The notes beneath the pieces are model-generated. The model was not told where the DNA came from and searched no databases. It was given only the letters and a program-made list of their open reading frames with translations. A program made the position numbers and the translations under genes. A DNA stretch of 63,432 nt, filler included. It is 5 parts of 5 records of this genome, joined end to end, with 100 filler letters (N's around TTAATTAATTAA, not from the genome) between each part and the next. Parts side by side here need not be neighbours in the genome. Positions count along the whole stretch, not along the records: positions 1 to 13,449 come from SRR20825010_11; 4 more parts are not named here. One strand, 5' to 3'. Below, piece after piece: positions 1 through 10,209 of the stretch (within the stretch, counting starts at the first letter, position 1; each line of letters starts with the position of its first letter).

Positions 1-360
1 AAAAAGGCCTATTTGGACATGAAATATGATTCCATTTCAGAATATGGCTTAAACTGGGCCGGTTACATCCCTGTTGATGTAGGGTACCAATGGGACCCAG
101 AAACCTATGCCGAAGGGCTTGCCAAAGAAAATATTCTCGGCATTGAAGCTCCGTTATGGTCCGAAACCATTAGCAATGGAACCGAATTGGAATATTTGGC
201 GTTCCCAAGATTGATTGGATATGCCGAATTGGGATGGTCGCCTAGTGAACACCTTAATTGGGACGACTATAAAAAACGTCTCGCAGCACAGGTTCCTTAT
301 CTGGAATCCATGCAGATCAACTATTACCCAACAAAGTTGGTGGACTGGGAAAAAGAATAG
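1..360 (+). CDS. beta-N-acetylhexosaminidase (GH20), C-terminal part, truncated at window start
   Basis: Motifs ILGIEAPLWSETI and FPRL..AELGWS typical of the GH20 catalytic domain C-terminus; frame open from the window start. Confidence 0.85.
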   Translation, partial: KKAYLDMKYDSISEYGLNWAGYIPVDVGYQWDPETYAEGLAKENILGIEAPLWSETISNGTELEYLAFPRLIGYAELGWSPSEHLNWDDYKKRLAAQVPYLESMQINYYPTKLVDWEKE

Positions 361-363
361 TGT

Positions 364-810
364 TTATTCTTCCTCTTCTTCGGAAGCAGATACAGTAGGT
401 TCCTCGGCATCCTTTTCTTCTTCAACAAAATCAGTGATGTTGTTGTCGAGAAGGATGTTGTACCACTGTATGATTTTCTTGATGTCGCTAGCATATACGC
501 GATCCTCATCATAATTGGGAAGTACTTCGAAGAAATACTCTTCCAACTCAATTTTTTCAGCTTTGTGACTGATGGAAGTTTTTTTGCCTCCCTCTTTTTC
601 TTTTATTTTCTGGAAAACTTCCTTTAAAGGAACTTCTTCTTCCAAGGTATAAATGGCTATTTCGGACAGCACGCTTACATTGCTTCTTAATCCAACGGTT
701 ACACGTTTGCCATCCAATAGGGATTCGCCAACAAAGCCACCTCGGGTTTGGGTCAATAATTTGTAAAGTCCTGGTTTACCTCCAATGGATAAAATCTTGT
801 CTAATGCCAT
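364..810 (-). CDS. conserved Bacteroidota protein (DUF5606-like)
   Basis: ILSIGGKPGLYKL...YDEDRVYASDIKK pattern; TATTTTTG Bacteroidota -7 box at 833-840. Confidence 0.75.
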   Translation of the reverse strand: MALDKILSIGGKPGLYKLLTQTRGGFVGESLLDGKRVTVGLRSNVSVLSEIAIYTLEEEVPLKEVFQKIKEKEGGKKTSISHKAEKIELEEYFFEVLPNYDEDRVYASDIKKIIQWYNILLDNNITDFVEEEKDAEEPTVSASEEEEE

Positions 811-866
811 TCAAATAATAATTTTATGCGCGCAAAAATATGTTTTTATCGCAAACTGCGATTTTT

Positions 867-1457
867 TTAACGTCCTTTTTTGATGTTGGGAAACCTCATT
901 CGGTAATCCACACTGATTTTTCCTTTGGAAATTTTGTCCAATCGGTTTTTTATCAGTCGTTTCTTTAGGGTTGAAAGCTTATCGGTGAACAAAACACCTT
1001 CGATATGGTCGTATTCGTGCTGAATCACCCTGGCCAATAGCCCATCGTAGGTTTCCGTGTGGGTCTTAAAGTCCTCATCCAAATAATTGATGGTGATTTC
1101 TGGCTTTCGTTTTACATCTTCGCGGATATCGGGTATGCTCAAACAACCTTCGTTAAAGTCCCACTCTTTGCCGTTTTCCTCTTCAATCGTGGCATTGATG
1201 AATACTTTTTTGAATCCATCGAGCTGCTTTTGCTCAGTTTCGGTCAACTCATCATCATCGGCAAAAGGAGTCGTATCGACCATAAACACTCGTATGGGAA
1301 GTCCCACTTGGGGAGCGGCCAGACCAACGCCATGAGCATTGTACATGGTCTCCCACATATTGGTGATCAATTCGTCAAGTTTTGGATATTCTGATGTAAT
1401 ATCCTTCGCCTTTTTTCGCAAAACGGGATCTCCGTAAGCTACTATGGGTAAAATCAT
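867..1457 (-). CDS. def: peptide deformylase
   Basis: GVGLAAPQ, EGCLS and QHEYDH motifs. Confidence 0.97.
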   Translation of the reverse strand: MILPIVAYGDPVLRKKAKDITSEYPKLDELITNMWETMYNAHGVGLAAPQVGLPIRVFMVDTTPFADDDELTETEQKQLDGFKKVFINATIEEENGKEWDFNEGCLSIPDIREDVKRKPEITINYLDEDFKTHTETYDGLLARVIQHEYDHIEGVLFTDKLSTLKKRLIKNRLDKISKGKISVDYRMRFPNIKKGR

Positions 1458-1461
1458 AAAA

Positions 1462-1872
1462 TCAAAATCTGTTTAAATAGGCCTGCAATATCAGCGTGGC
1501 ACTTATTTCGTCGACTAGGGCCTTGTCCCTTCTTTTTTTCTTTTTCATCCCGCTGTCCAACATCGATTGAAACGCCATTTTGGACGTAAATCGCTCATCT
1601 TGGCGCTCCACGGGAATGGAAGGAAACTTGGCTTTCAGCTTCTTTAAAAATTCTAGGATAAGCCCCTCGGACTCGGAAGCCGTATTGTCCATTTGCTTCG
1701 GCAAACCCATTACAAAGCGTTCCACGGATTCCTTTTGGGTATAATCTTCCAAAAAGGGCAACAAGTCTTTGGTCTCTACAGTGGTCAATCCGGAAGCAAT
1801 TAACTGGAGTTCATCAGTAACTGCTATTCCAGTCCGCACCTTTCCAAAATCCAAAGCCAAAATTCTAGCCAA
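1462..1872 (-). CDS. ruvX: RuvX/YqgF pre-16S rRNA nuclease
   Basis: ILALDFG..RTGIA, DERFTS, VDEISA..ILQ.YL motifs; TTG start. Confidence 0.95.
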   Translation of the reverse strand: MARILALDFGKVRTGIAVTDELQLIASGLTTVETKDLLPFLEDYTQKESVERFVMGLPKQMDNTASESEGLILEFLKKLKAKFPSIPVERQDERFTSKMAFQSMLDSGMKKKKRRDKALVDEISATLILQAYLNRF

Positions 1873-1972
1873 AATAATTTTTTGGCAAAAATAACCTTAA
1901 AAATGTTATGCGCTTAAAAATGGCAACCATAATTCTGTCATGGGGCTTATCTTTGTCAAAACTTTAAGAAAA

Positions 1973-2788
1973 ATGACAGAATTAAGAACGCTCATTGAAA
2001 AAGCGTGGGACAATAGGGAGTTGCTGGAGGAAGAAAAGACTCAAGACGCCATACGCGAAGTGATAAAGCTTATTGATTCAGGAGAGCTGCGGTGTGCTGA
2101 ACCCACAGCGGACGGCTGGCAGATAAACGAATGGGTAAAAAAGGGGGTGGTACTGTACTTCCCCATCCAAAAAATGGAGGTACTGGAAGCTGGTATTTTT
2201 GAATATCACGATAAAATTCCGTTGAAGAAAGGCTATAAAGAAAAAGGTGTTCGTGTGGTCCCCCATGCGGTGGCAAGACATGGAGCTTATATTTCTAAGG
2301 GCACTATTTTGATGCCGAGTTATGTAAACATCGGTGCCTATGTCGATGAAGGAACCATGGTGGATACTTGGGCCACGGTAGGAAGCTGTGCACAAATCGG
2401 CAAAAACGTCCATTTGAGCGGCGGTGTTGGTATTGGTGGTGTTTTGGAACCATTGCAAGCTGCTCCCGTAATTATTGAGGACAATGCCTTTATCGGTTCC
2501 AGATGTATTGTTGTAGAAGGTGTCCGAGTAGAAAAAGAAGCTGTTTTGGGCGCGAATGTTGTTTTGACGGCATCCACCAAGATAATTGATGTGACAGGTG
2601 ATGAACCTGTGGAATTAAAAGGTAGAGTACCAGCAAGATCTGTTGTTATTCCCGGCAGTTACACGAAAAAATTCCCTGCTGGCGAATATCAGGTGCCTTG
2701 TGCCTTGATCATTGGTAAAAGAAAGGAAAGTACGGACAAAAAAACATCGCTGAACAATGCGCTTCGCGAGCACAAAGTTGCTGTGTAG
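1973..2788 (+). CDS. dapD: tetrahydrodipicolinate N-succinyltransferase
   Basis: VDTWATVGSCAQIGKNVHLSGGVGIGGVLEP hexapeptide region; start moved to ATG 1973, downstream of the TATCTTTG box at 1948-1955. Confidence 0.95.
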   Translation: MTELRTLIEKAWDNRELLEEEKTQDAIREVIKLIDSGELRCAEPTADGWQINEWVKKGVVLYFPIQKMEVLEAGIFEYHDKIPLKKGYKEKGVRVVPHAVARHGAYISKGTILMPSYVNIGAYVDEGTMVDTWATVGSCAQIGKNVHLSGGVGIGGVLEPLQAAPVIIEDNAFIGSRCIVVEGVRVEKEAVLGANVVLTASTKIIDVTGDEPVELKGRVPARSVVIPGSYTKKFPAGEYQVPCALIIGKRKESTDKKTSLNNALREHKVAV

Positions 2789-3047
2789 CCACAATTAATC
2801 TGCATCTCAGCAGAATTTTAGAGTCAAGTCTTTATATGGGGTTGCTTTTTTCGTTAGATTGAAGCAACCCTATTGTTTTTTTGGTGTCTATAAAATACCT
2901 AACGGGATTAAAATTTGAGATTTTAACAAAAACGAAGTAGGGGTGTTTACGTGTTGATTGTTTGTAAGAAAAAGAAACGCCTAAACAATTTTTACGCTAC
3001 TTTTTTGTTATAGATTTGTAAAATATTAAACACTACACCAATAAATT

Positions 3048-3851
3048 ATGGCTGAATTGCGCACCCCAAAGCAAAAAATATCAGCACTTGTGATTACCTA
3101 TAATGAAATGGGCTACATTGAAAAATGTATTGATTCCGTTTCTTTCGCTGATGAAATATTAGTCGTTGACTCTTACAGTACCGACGGCACTTACGAGTAT
3201 CTTTTGAACCATCCAAAAGTAAAAGTGATTCAAAACCCTTTTGAAAATTTCACCGCTCAAAAGTCGTTTACGCTTAAACAAGCAGCCAACGATTGGGTTT
3301 TATTCTTGGATGCCGATGAAGTGGTTACGGAAAGTCTTCAAAAGGAAATCTTAGCAACCATTAATAATCCAGATGCCCACGAAGCTTATTGGTTCTATCG
3401 AAAGTTTATGTTCCAAAACGAACCTTTGAATTTCAGTGGTTGGCAAACGGACAAAAATTATAGGCTTTTCCGAAAAAGCAAAGCTCATTTTACCGATCAA
3501 AAAATTGTTCATGAAACTTTGGTAGTGGATGGCAAATCTGGAATCCTTAAAGAAAAATTGACTCATTTTTGCTACAAAAACTATGAGGACTACAAAGGGA
3601 AAATGCTTAAGTATGGCCAATTAAAGGCCAAAGAGGATTTCTACAAGGAAAAACATTTTAACTATGTATTGATGACGGTAAAGCCCGTCTGGAAATTCTT
3701 CAACCACTACATCCTCCGTTTAGGGATTTTGGACGGCAAAAAAGGATGGAGCATTTGTTACTTGAACGCCCTTGGCGTTTTGGAAAGGTTCAGAGAGCTA
3801 AAAAGACTGGAAAAAAAGAACGAGCTGGCCTACTATTTGGTGATGCCATAG
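3048..3851 (+). CDS. glycosyltransferase family 2 (WaaE/KdtX-like)
   Basis: VVDSYSTDGT, WVLFLDADE, VHE motifs. Confidence 0.9.
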   Translation: MAELRTPKQKISALVITYNEMGYIEKCIDSVSFADEILVVDSYSTDGTYEYLLNHPKVKVIQNPFENFTAQKSFTLKQAANDWVLFLDADEVVTESLQKEILATINNPDAHEAYWFYRKFMFQNEPLNFSGWQTDKNYRLFRKSKAHFTDQKIVHETLVVDGKSGILKEKLTHFCYKNYEDYKGKMLKYGQLKAKEDFYKEKHFNYVLMTVKPVWKFFNHYILRLGILDGKKGWSICYLNALGVLERFRELKRLEKKNELAYYLVMP

Positions 3852-4666
3852 TATGTCCACACCATTTTGTTTGACCTAGTCTCTTTGCGTATAGCTTGAT
3901 TTTTAGCAATGGATTCTGGCGTTTTATAACCTCTCTTGTGGTCTAAGTGCACACAGACTGCACTATAGCGCAATTGTTTGGATTTAATCCCAAAATTGAA
4001 CAAACGCTCGCCCAATTCACGGTCCTGTCCGCCATACTGCATGCGTTCATCAAAGCCGTTTACGTTTAATATATCCTTTTTCCAACCTGAGGAATTATGG
4101 CCGTTCCAACTGGCATTGGTCGGAGTAACCGTGTTCAATAACTTAGATATTATTCCACTAGCGGTAAGCTTGTTGTTCTTGAAAGTCTTGGGAATACCTT
4201 TTTCCTTAAGCCAATTAATGTTGAAACATTTCTGCTTTTCGATATCCTCCAAAGTAATCATTCTGGAAATGTTCATCGGAAGCATATAATACCCGCCCGA
4301 AATAAAATACCCCTGCTCTTTGTTAATGTAATGCACCTCTACAAAATCCTCACGTGGAATACAATCACCGTCCGTCATAATAATGTAATCAGCATTACAG
4401 GCCTCGACCGCTTTATTAAGAATCCTAGATTTCTGGAAGCCATCATCCTCTTGCCACACATGGACAATGTTGTAAAAAACCTCATCGGACATCTTTTCCA
4501 ATAATTCCTTGGTCTTGGGACCAGAACCATCATCCGCAATAACCACCTCAAAATCCTTGAAAAGCTGGCAATTGAACCCCCACAACACCTTTTTCAGCCA
4601 CTCTTCGGCATTATAGGTGCTAATGATTACTGATATTTTTGGTGATTCTGTTTCGTTTAGGTTCAT
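3833..4666 (-). CDS. glycosyltransferase family 2
   Basis: ISVIISTYN, VIADDGS, TDGDC, NGFDE motifs. Confidence 0.9.
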   Translation of the reverse strand: MNLNETESPKISVIISTYNAEEWLKKVLWGFNCQLFKDFEVVIADDGSGPKTKELLEKMSDEVFYNIVHVWQEDDGFQKSRILNKAVEACNADYIIMTDGDCIPREDFVEVHYINKEQGYFISGGYYMLPMNISRMITLEDIEKQKCFNINWLKEKGIPKTFKNNKLTASGIISKLLNTVTPTNASWNGHNSSGWKKDILNVNGFDERMQYGGQDRELGERLFNFGIKSKQLRYSAVCVHLDHKRGYKTPESIAKNQAIRKETRSNKMVWTYYGITK

Positions 4667-4732
4667 CTGGGCAAAAATAGAAATATTAAATGTTATCTCA
4701 TATGCTTAATTTTGTGATTCTAAACTCTTAGA

Positions 4733-5548
4733 ATGAAGGTCAAGGAAATTCCTGTTTCACTTTTTTATCAGGCCAATCTAACCAGGCAATCCAAAGAAAG
4801 GCTGATTTCTCATAAAAAATGCGTTCCGGTTATTGTTTCGCTGGCATCGATTCCATCCAGGCTGAACATAGTGCACCTTACAATTCGAAGTTTATTGAAT
4901 CAAGATGTGCTGCCCGAAAAAATTTTGCTGTGGCTGCATGAAGACCTAAAAAATAAAGTTCCAAAAAAACTTACCGACCTAGTTGGAAATATCTTCAGTA
5001 TAGAGTTTACCGATTACTACAGTTCACATAGAAAATTGGTGGAGCCTTTAAAACTATACCCTGAAAAAATTATTGCTACTTGTGATGATGATATGATGTA
5101 TCGCCAAAAATGGCTGTCAAACCTTTATGAAGCCCATCAAGAGAACCCTGATAAAATCATCGCAAACCAAACCCGCTGCATAACCTACAATGAATCTGGA
5201 GAGCTACTACCTTACAAACAATGGAATTCCAATCTAGCAGAATGCAAAAACAAAAAACTTATTCTGCCCATCGGTGCGGGAGGCACTCTCTATCCCCCAA
5301 ACACCATGGATACACAAGTTTTTGACAGGGGGTTATTTTTAAGGCTTGCCCCCAATGCGGACGATCTATGGTTCAAAATAATGGGGCTGTTAAAAGGAAC
5401 ACAATCCATACAAGCCCATAACAGTGAAAAAGAGCCCATACCCATTTTGGGGTCACAAAAAGTCTCATTAAAAAAAGGAAATATTGGTATGGATAAAAAC
5501 AGAGTACAATGGCAGGCTTTGACCGACCATTTTCAACTAAAATTCTAA
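4733..5548 (+). CDS. putative GT-A fold glycosyltransferase
   Basis: VIVSLASIPSR, TCDDD, GTLYPP, DDLW motifs; lies in a glycosyltransferase cluster. Confidence 0.65.
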   Translation: MKVKEIPVSLFYQANLTRQSKERLISHKKCVPVIVSLASIPSRLNIVHLTIRSLLNQDVLPEKILLWLHEDLKNKVPKKLTDLVGNIFSIEFTDYYSSHRKLVEPLKLYPEKIIATCDDDMMYRQKWLSNLYEAHQENPDKIIANQTRCITYNESGELLPYKQWNSNLAECKNKKLILPIGAGGTLYPPNTMDTQVFDRGLFLRLAPNADDLWFKIMGLLKGTQSIQAHNSEKEPIPILGSQKVSLKKGNIGMDKNRVQWQALTDHFQLKF

Positions 5549-5552
5549 AACA

Positions 5553-6113
5553 TTGATCGAAGAAATCAACAACTGCAATAAAGTGCTGCAAGAAGGCGGG
5601 CTCATCCTCTACCCTACCGATACCGTCTGGGGCATAGGCTGCGATGCCACTAATCCCGAAGCCGTAAAAAAAGTGTACGCTCTTAAAAAGCGCGAAGACA
5701 CCAAAGCACTTATCTGCTTAGTGGCCAACCAGGCCATGTTGGAGCGCCATGTAAAAGAAGTGCCCGAAGTCGCTTACGATATCATGGACCTGGCAACCAA
5801 ACCTACCACCATTGTATTTGATGAACCCATTGGGATAGCGGAAAATCTGGTCGCAGAAGACAATACACTGGCGATTCGTGTGGCTTCCGATAAATTCTGC
5901 CAGTACCTCATCAATAAATTCAGGAAACCCATTGTTTCCACATCCGCCAACATTTCGGGCAATCCCACCCCAAAACAATTCAAGGATATCGATGAAGAAA
6001 TTTTAAAAGGAGTGGACTATGTGGTAAATTTGCCGGATGAAAATATAAACCCTTCCCCCTCCTCTATCATTAAATTGAGCAACGACGGACAGGTGAAGGT
6101 TATTCGGGAATAA
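5553..6113 (+). CDS. L-threonylcarbamoyladenylate synthase (Sua5/YrdC/TsaC family)
   Basis: YPTDTVWGIGCD and STSANISG motifs. Confidence 0.92.
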   Translation: MIEEINNCNKVLQEGGLILYPTDTVWGIGCDATNPEAVKKVYALKKREDTKALICLVANQAMLERHVKEVPEVAYDIMDLATKPTTIVFDEPIGIAENLVAEDNTLAIRVASDKFCQYLINKFRKPIVSTSANISGNPTPKQFKDIDEEILKGVDYVVNLPDENINPSPSSIIKLSNDGQVKVIRE

Positions 6114-6115
6114 CA

Positions 6116-7546
6116 ATGGCGAAGGAATTCCATACAGCGGCAATACAACATCCTATTTTTAAACTTATCGGCGAAGCTTCAGACGAACTGGGCGTGGACT
6201 CCTACGTTATCGGTGGTTTTGTTCGCGATTATTTCTTAAAAAGAAATACGCCAAAAGATATTGATGTGGTCGCTGTTGGAAGCGGAATAGCACTTGCCAA
6301 AAAAGTAGCCTCGAAACTTAAGGGCAAACCAGAAATATCCGTATTCAAGAATTTTGGAACCGCGATGATCAAGCATAAAGATTTAGAGCTTGAGTTTGTA
6401 GGTGCCAGAAAAGAAAGCTACAATCGAGATAGCCGAAAACCCATTGTGGAAGATGGCACTTTGGAAGACGACCAAAACCGCCGCGATTTCACCATAAACG
6501 CGATGGCCCTGGCCCTTAACCAATCCAATTTTGGAGAACTTTTAGACCCGTTTGATGGTTTAGCGGACTTGGATAGGCAAATCATTCGAACCCCTTTGGA
6601 GCCGGGCATTACCTATTCCGACGACCCGCTACGGATGATGCGTGCCATTCGGTTTGCAACACAACTGCATTTTACCATTGAGCTACAATCGCTTCAGGCC
6701 ATTACCGAGAACAAAGACCGTATCAAAATTGTTTCCAAGGAACGTATCGTGGACGAACTCAACAAAATATTGATGAGTTCCAAACCGTCCATAGGATTTT
6801 CGTTGATGCACAAAACTGAGCTTCTACCTTTAATATTGCCAGAGCTTACCGCTTTACAAGGTATAGAAGAGATAGAAGGTCAACGTCATAAAGATAATTT
6901 TTGGCACACCTTGGAGGTCGTGGACAATATTTCCGAAACCACGGACAACCTCTGGTTGCGATGGGCGGCATTGCTTCACGATATCGGCAAGGCACCCACC
7001 AAAAAATTCCATAAAAAAATCGGTTGGACCTTCCATGCCCATGAATTTGTAGGGGCAAAAATGGTGTACAAACTCTTCAAGAGGTTGCGGTTGCCTTTGA
7101 ACGAGAAAATGAAATTCGTTCAAAAAATGGTATTGATGAGTTCAAGACCCATTATTTTGTCCGAAGATCACGTCACGGATTCCGCGGTTCGGCGGTTGGT
7201 TTTTGATGCCGGAGATTTTGTGGAAGACCTTATGACACTTTGTGAGGCGGACATCACAACAAAAAATCCTCGCAAACAAGAAAAATACAAGAACAATTTT
7301 AAGATTGTACGCCAAAAAATAGTGGAAGTAGAAGAGCGTGACCACGTTCGGAACTTTCAGCCCCCTGTTTCCGGTGAGGAGATCATGAAGACCTTCAACT
7401 TGAAACCTTCCAAGGAAATCGGCATCATCAAAGATGCCATCAAAGAAGCGATTTTGGAAGGCGAAATTCCGAACGAATATGAGGCCGCCTACCAGTTTAT
7501 GTTGGAAAAAGGCAAAAAATTGAACCTAAAAGTCCACTCCGAATGA
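6116..7546 (+). CDS. cca: CCA tRNA nucleotidyltransferase with HD domain
   Basis: GGFVRD, DIDV, RRDFTINA, DDPLRMMR, LLHDIGK motifs. Confidence 0.92.
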   Translation: MAKEFHTAAIQHPIFKLIGEASDELGVDSYVIGGFVRDYFLKRNTPKDIDVVAVGSGIALAKKVASKLKGKPEISVFKNFGTAMIKHKDLELEFVGARKESYNRDSRKPIVEDGTLEDDQNRRDFTINAMALALNQSNFGELLDPFDGLADLDRQIIRTPLEPGITYSDDPLRMMRAIRFATQLHFTIELQSLQAITENKDRIKIVSKERIVDELNKILMSSKPSIGFSLMHKTELLPLILPELTALQGIEEIEGQRHKDNFWHTLEVVDNISETTDNLWLRWAALLHDIGKAPTKKFHKKIGWTFHAHEFVGAKMVYKLFKRLRLPLNEKMKFVQKMVLMSSRPIILSEDHVTDSAVRRLVFDAGDFVEDLMTLCEADITTKNPRKQEKYKNNFKIVRQKIVEVEERDHVRNFQPPVSGEEIMKTFNLKPSKEIGIIKDAIKEAILEGEIPNEYEAAYQFMLEKGKKLNLKVHSE

Positions 7547-8556
7547 AAAAGAGCAAATATGTAGTGTATTGGTTGTTAACTGGGTGTTTTCTCATTTTTG
7601 TAATGGTTTTGGTAGGCGGTATTACTCGCCTTACCCATTCTGGGCTTTCCATATCCGACTATAAATTGATTCACGGTACCATTCCCCCAATGAATGAGCA
7701 AGAATGGCAGGAAGCCTTTGACCTGTACAAACAATATCCTGAGTACCAAAAGCTCAACTATCATTTTGGAATTGAGGAATTCAAGGACATCTATTTTTGG
7801 GAGTGGCTTCACAGGGTTATTGGAAGGTTTATAGGGATTGTGTTCATCATTCCGTTCCTGTATTTTTTATTCAAGAAGAAATTGGACAGTCCGACCGTAA
7901 AAAAATGTCTGGTCCTGCTCTTTTTAGGTGGGTTTCAAGGGTTTCTCGGTTGGTACATGGTAAAAAGCGGGCTTGTGGACCGTCCGGATGTATCCCACTT
8001 TAGGTTGGCCGCACACTTAACGACGGCCTTTCTCACCTTTGCTTATAGCCTGTGGGTGGCACTAGACCTCATTTACCCCTACAAGAAAGAAATCAATCTG
8101 AAAATCCGGAACTTGATCAGGGTCGGACTTGTGCTTTTGTTGCTTCAAATTATCTGGGGTGCTTTTGTTGCCGGTTTGGATGCAGGATTCATCCACAACC
8201 ATTGGCCGCTGATGAGCGATGGCAAGTTGATTCATGAAACCGTTTATATTGAACAGCAACCCGTGATCAAAAACTTTTATGAAGGTAAGAGCGGCGTACA
8301 GTTTGTCCATCGATATTTGGCATATATTGTAGTTGGTGCAATAGCTTTGATTTGGTACAGAACCCGTAAAATTCAGAGGACTACACTTCAAGAAAAAGGA
8401 TTACAAGTATTGTTGGCCTTGGTTTTTACGCAATTTGTATTGGGTGTGCTCACTTTGGTTTACGCCGTGCCGCTGTGGCTGGGAATCGCACATCAAATAG
8501 GTGCATTTTTCCTTTTAGCAGCCATGACTTTTACCCTGCACAGGTTCTCCAAATAA
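7543..8556 (+). CDS. ctaA: heme A synthase COX15/CtaA
   Basis: GGITRLT.SGLSI and EWLHR motifs, conserved His, multiple TM segments. Confidence 0.9.
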   Translation: MKKSKYVVYWLLTGCFLIFVMVLVGGITRLTHSGLSISDYKLIHGTIPPMNEQEWQEAFDLYKQYPEYQKLNYHFGIEEFKDIYFWEWLHRVIGRFIGIVFIIPFLYFLFKKKLDSPTVKKCLVLLFLGGFQGFLGWYMVKSGLVDRPDVSHFRLAAHLTTAFLTFAYSLWVALDLIYPYKKEINLKIRNLIRVGLVLLLLQIIWGAFVAGLDAGFIHNHWPLMSDGKLIHETVYIEQQPVIKNFYEGKSGVQFVHRYLAYIVVGAIALIWYRTRKIQRTTLQEKGLQVLLALVFTQFVLGVLTLVYAVPLWLGIAHQIGAFFLLAAMTFTLHRFSK

Positions 8557-8599
8557 GGTCTATTTATTGTACCTTTGTGCCCACTCTAAAATTTGATGG

Positions 8600-9106
8600 A
8601 TGATTTATAAAATCAGGATAATACTTGATGCTGAGGAAGATATCTTTCGAGATATCGAAATTGAAGACCAAAATACCTTGGAGGATTTTCACAATGCCAT
8701 AACACAAGCTTTTGGTTTTGAGGGAAGTGAAATGGCCTCTTTTTATACTTGTGATGAGGAATGGAACCAAGATGAGGAAATTGCTCTTTTTGATATGAGC
8801 GAGAACGGTTCCGATATCCGGTTGATGAACGAAACTACTTTGGATGATGTGATGACCGAAAATAATCCGAAGTTGATTTATGTTTACGACTTTTTTAGCA
8901 TGTGGACGTTTTTTGTGGAACTTGCAGATATTGTTGAAAAAGAAGATGGGAGAATATACCCAAATGTATTGTTCACCTTTGGTGAACTACCGGATGCCCC
9001 GCCGGAAAAAAAGTTCGAAGCAGACTCCAATGAGGAGGAAGACGGAAACTATGACGACCTTTTGGACAGCTACGACGACATGGACTTTGATGAAAACTGG
9101 AACTAA
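8600..9106 (+). CDS. pRiA4b ORF-3/TnpR-like family protein with acidic tail
   Basis: FRDIEI...TLEDFH.AI..AFGF and YVYDF..W pattern; TACCTTTG promoter box at 8570-8577. Confidence 0.7.
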   Translation: MIYKIRIILDAEEDIFRDIEIEDQNTLEDFHNAITQAFGFEGSEMASFYTCDEEWNQDEEIALFDMSENGSDIRLMNETTLDDVMTENNPKLIYVYDFFSMWTFFVELADIVEKEDGRIYPNVLFTFGELPDAPPEKKFEADSNEEEDGNYDDLLDSYDDMDFDENWN

Positions 9107-9150
9107 CCTAACTCTTGACCAAGTTTTAACCATTAACATTTAATCTTAAC

Positions 9151-10209
9151 ATGCTAAACCTATATAACGCCCAAATTGAAAGTATTTCACTTCATCGTGT
9201 TGGCAACAAAAGTAAAAATGAGTCTGCCTTTTTATCCGCAGAACCTTTTTCGCTGAACGATGAAATGGCAGGACTTTTAAAGGAATACTTTTTTAAACCG
9301 TTTAGGGAAAAAGAGGAAAATTACTACAAATTTGGTCACGATGTAGATTTGGAGTTCAATGAGGTGCATGCGGCGGTAACTGGTATTTTTGAAAATCCAT
9401 CTGACAACCACAGGCTTTCCAAAAAGATTACCACTTATCTTTTTGAGCAATCCAACCACCCACATATAAAAAGCGGTGAGGTATACGTGGTCCATTTTTC
9501 GGATATGGTGATAGATAATCAAAAAACGGATGCCGTTGGTATTTTTAAAAGTGAGTTAAAGCACGATTTCCTTCAATTTGAAGAAAATGAGCACAACTTG
9601 GAGATCTTGATTCGACAAGGTATCAACATCAATAAGCTTGACAAGGGATGCATCGTTTTCAACATCAACAAAGAAGAAGGATTTAAAGTTCTTTCCGTAG
9701 ATAGCAACCGTTATGATGCCAAATACTGGCTGGAAAACTTTTTGGGAGTGCTGCCATTGACCGATGACAACTTCTACACCAAGAATTACCTGAAGTTCTG
9801 CCAAAACTTCGCCAAGGATGTGGTATTACCGGCCGAGGACAAGCAACAAGAGGTCTTGTTCATGAACCGTGCAGTGAACCACTTTGCCAAAAACGATAAT
9901 TTTGAGGAGACCTCATTCTTGAACGAGGTGATGGAAAACCCTGAACTCATACCGGAATTCAAGCACTACAAGGTTGAGAAAGGTCCAAAATATAGCATTG
10001 AGGATGTTTCCAATTTTGATATCGCGAACAAAGCTGTGAGCGATGCCCGTAAAAAAATCAAGAATGTCATCAATCTGGACACCAACATCCAGATAAAAAT
10101 GGATTTCATCAACCCGGAATCCGCAGAAAAATTTGTGGAAAAAGGTTGGGACGAGGAACGCCAGATGTACTACTATCTAGTGTATTTCAACAAAGAGCAA
10201 AAGAGCTAG
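9151..10209 (+). CDS. nucleoid-associated protein (NdpA/YejK-like)
   Basis: LHRVGNK, GIFKSE, KLDKGC.VF, YWL.NFL pattern. Confidence 0.75.
   Translation: MLNLYNAQIESISLHRVGNKSKNESAFLSAEPFSLNDEMAGLLKEYFFKPFREKEENYYKFGHDVDLEFNEVHAAVTGIFENPSDNHRLSKKITTYLFEQSNHPHIKSGEVYVVHFSDMVIDNQKTDAVGIFKSELKHDFLQFEENEHNLEILIRQGININKLDKGCIVFNINKEEGFKVLSVDSNRYDAKYWLENFLGVLPLTDDNFYTKNYLKFCQNFAKDVVLPAEDKQQEVLFMNRAVNHFAKNDNFEETSFLNEVMENPELIPEFKHYKVEKGPKYSIEDVSNFDIANKAVSDARKKIKNVINLDTNIQIKMDFINPESAEKFVEKGWDEERQMYYYLVYFNKEQKS

Noticed and set aside
3833-3851. 19-nt convergent overlap of two glycosyltransferase genes
   Set aside because: Short tail-to-tail overlaps are common in compact genomes; no further signal
8600-9106. 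Mobile element implied by the pRiA4b ORF-3/TnpR-like gene
   Set aside because: No transposase or inverted repeats; housekeeping context
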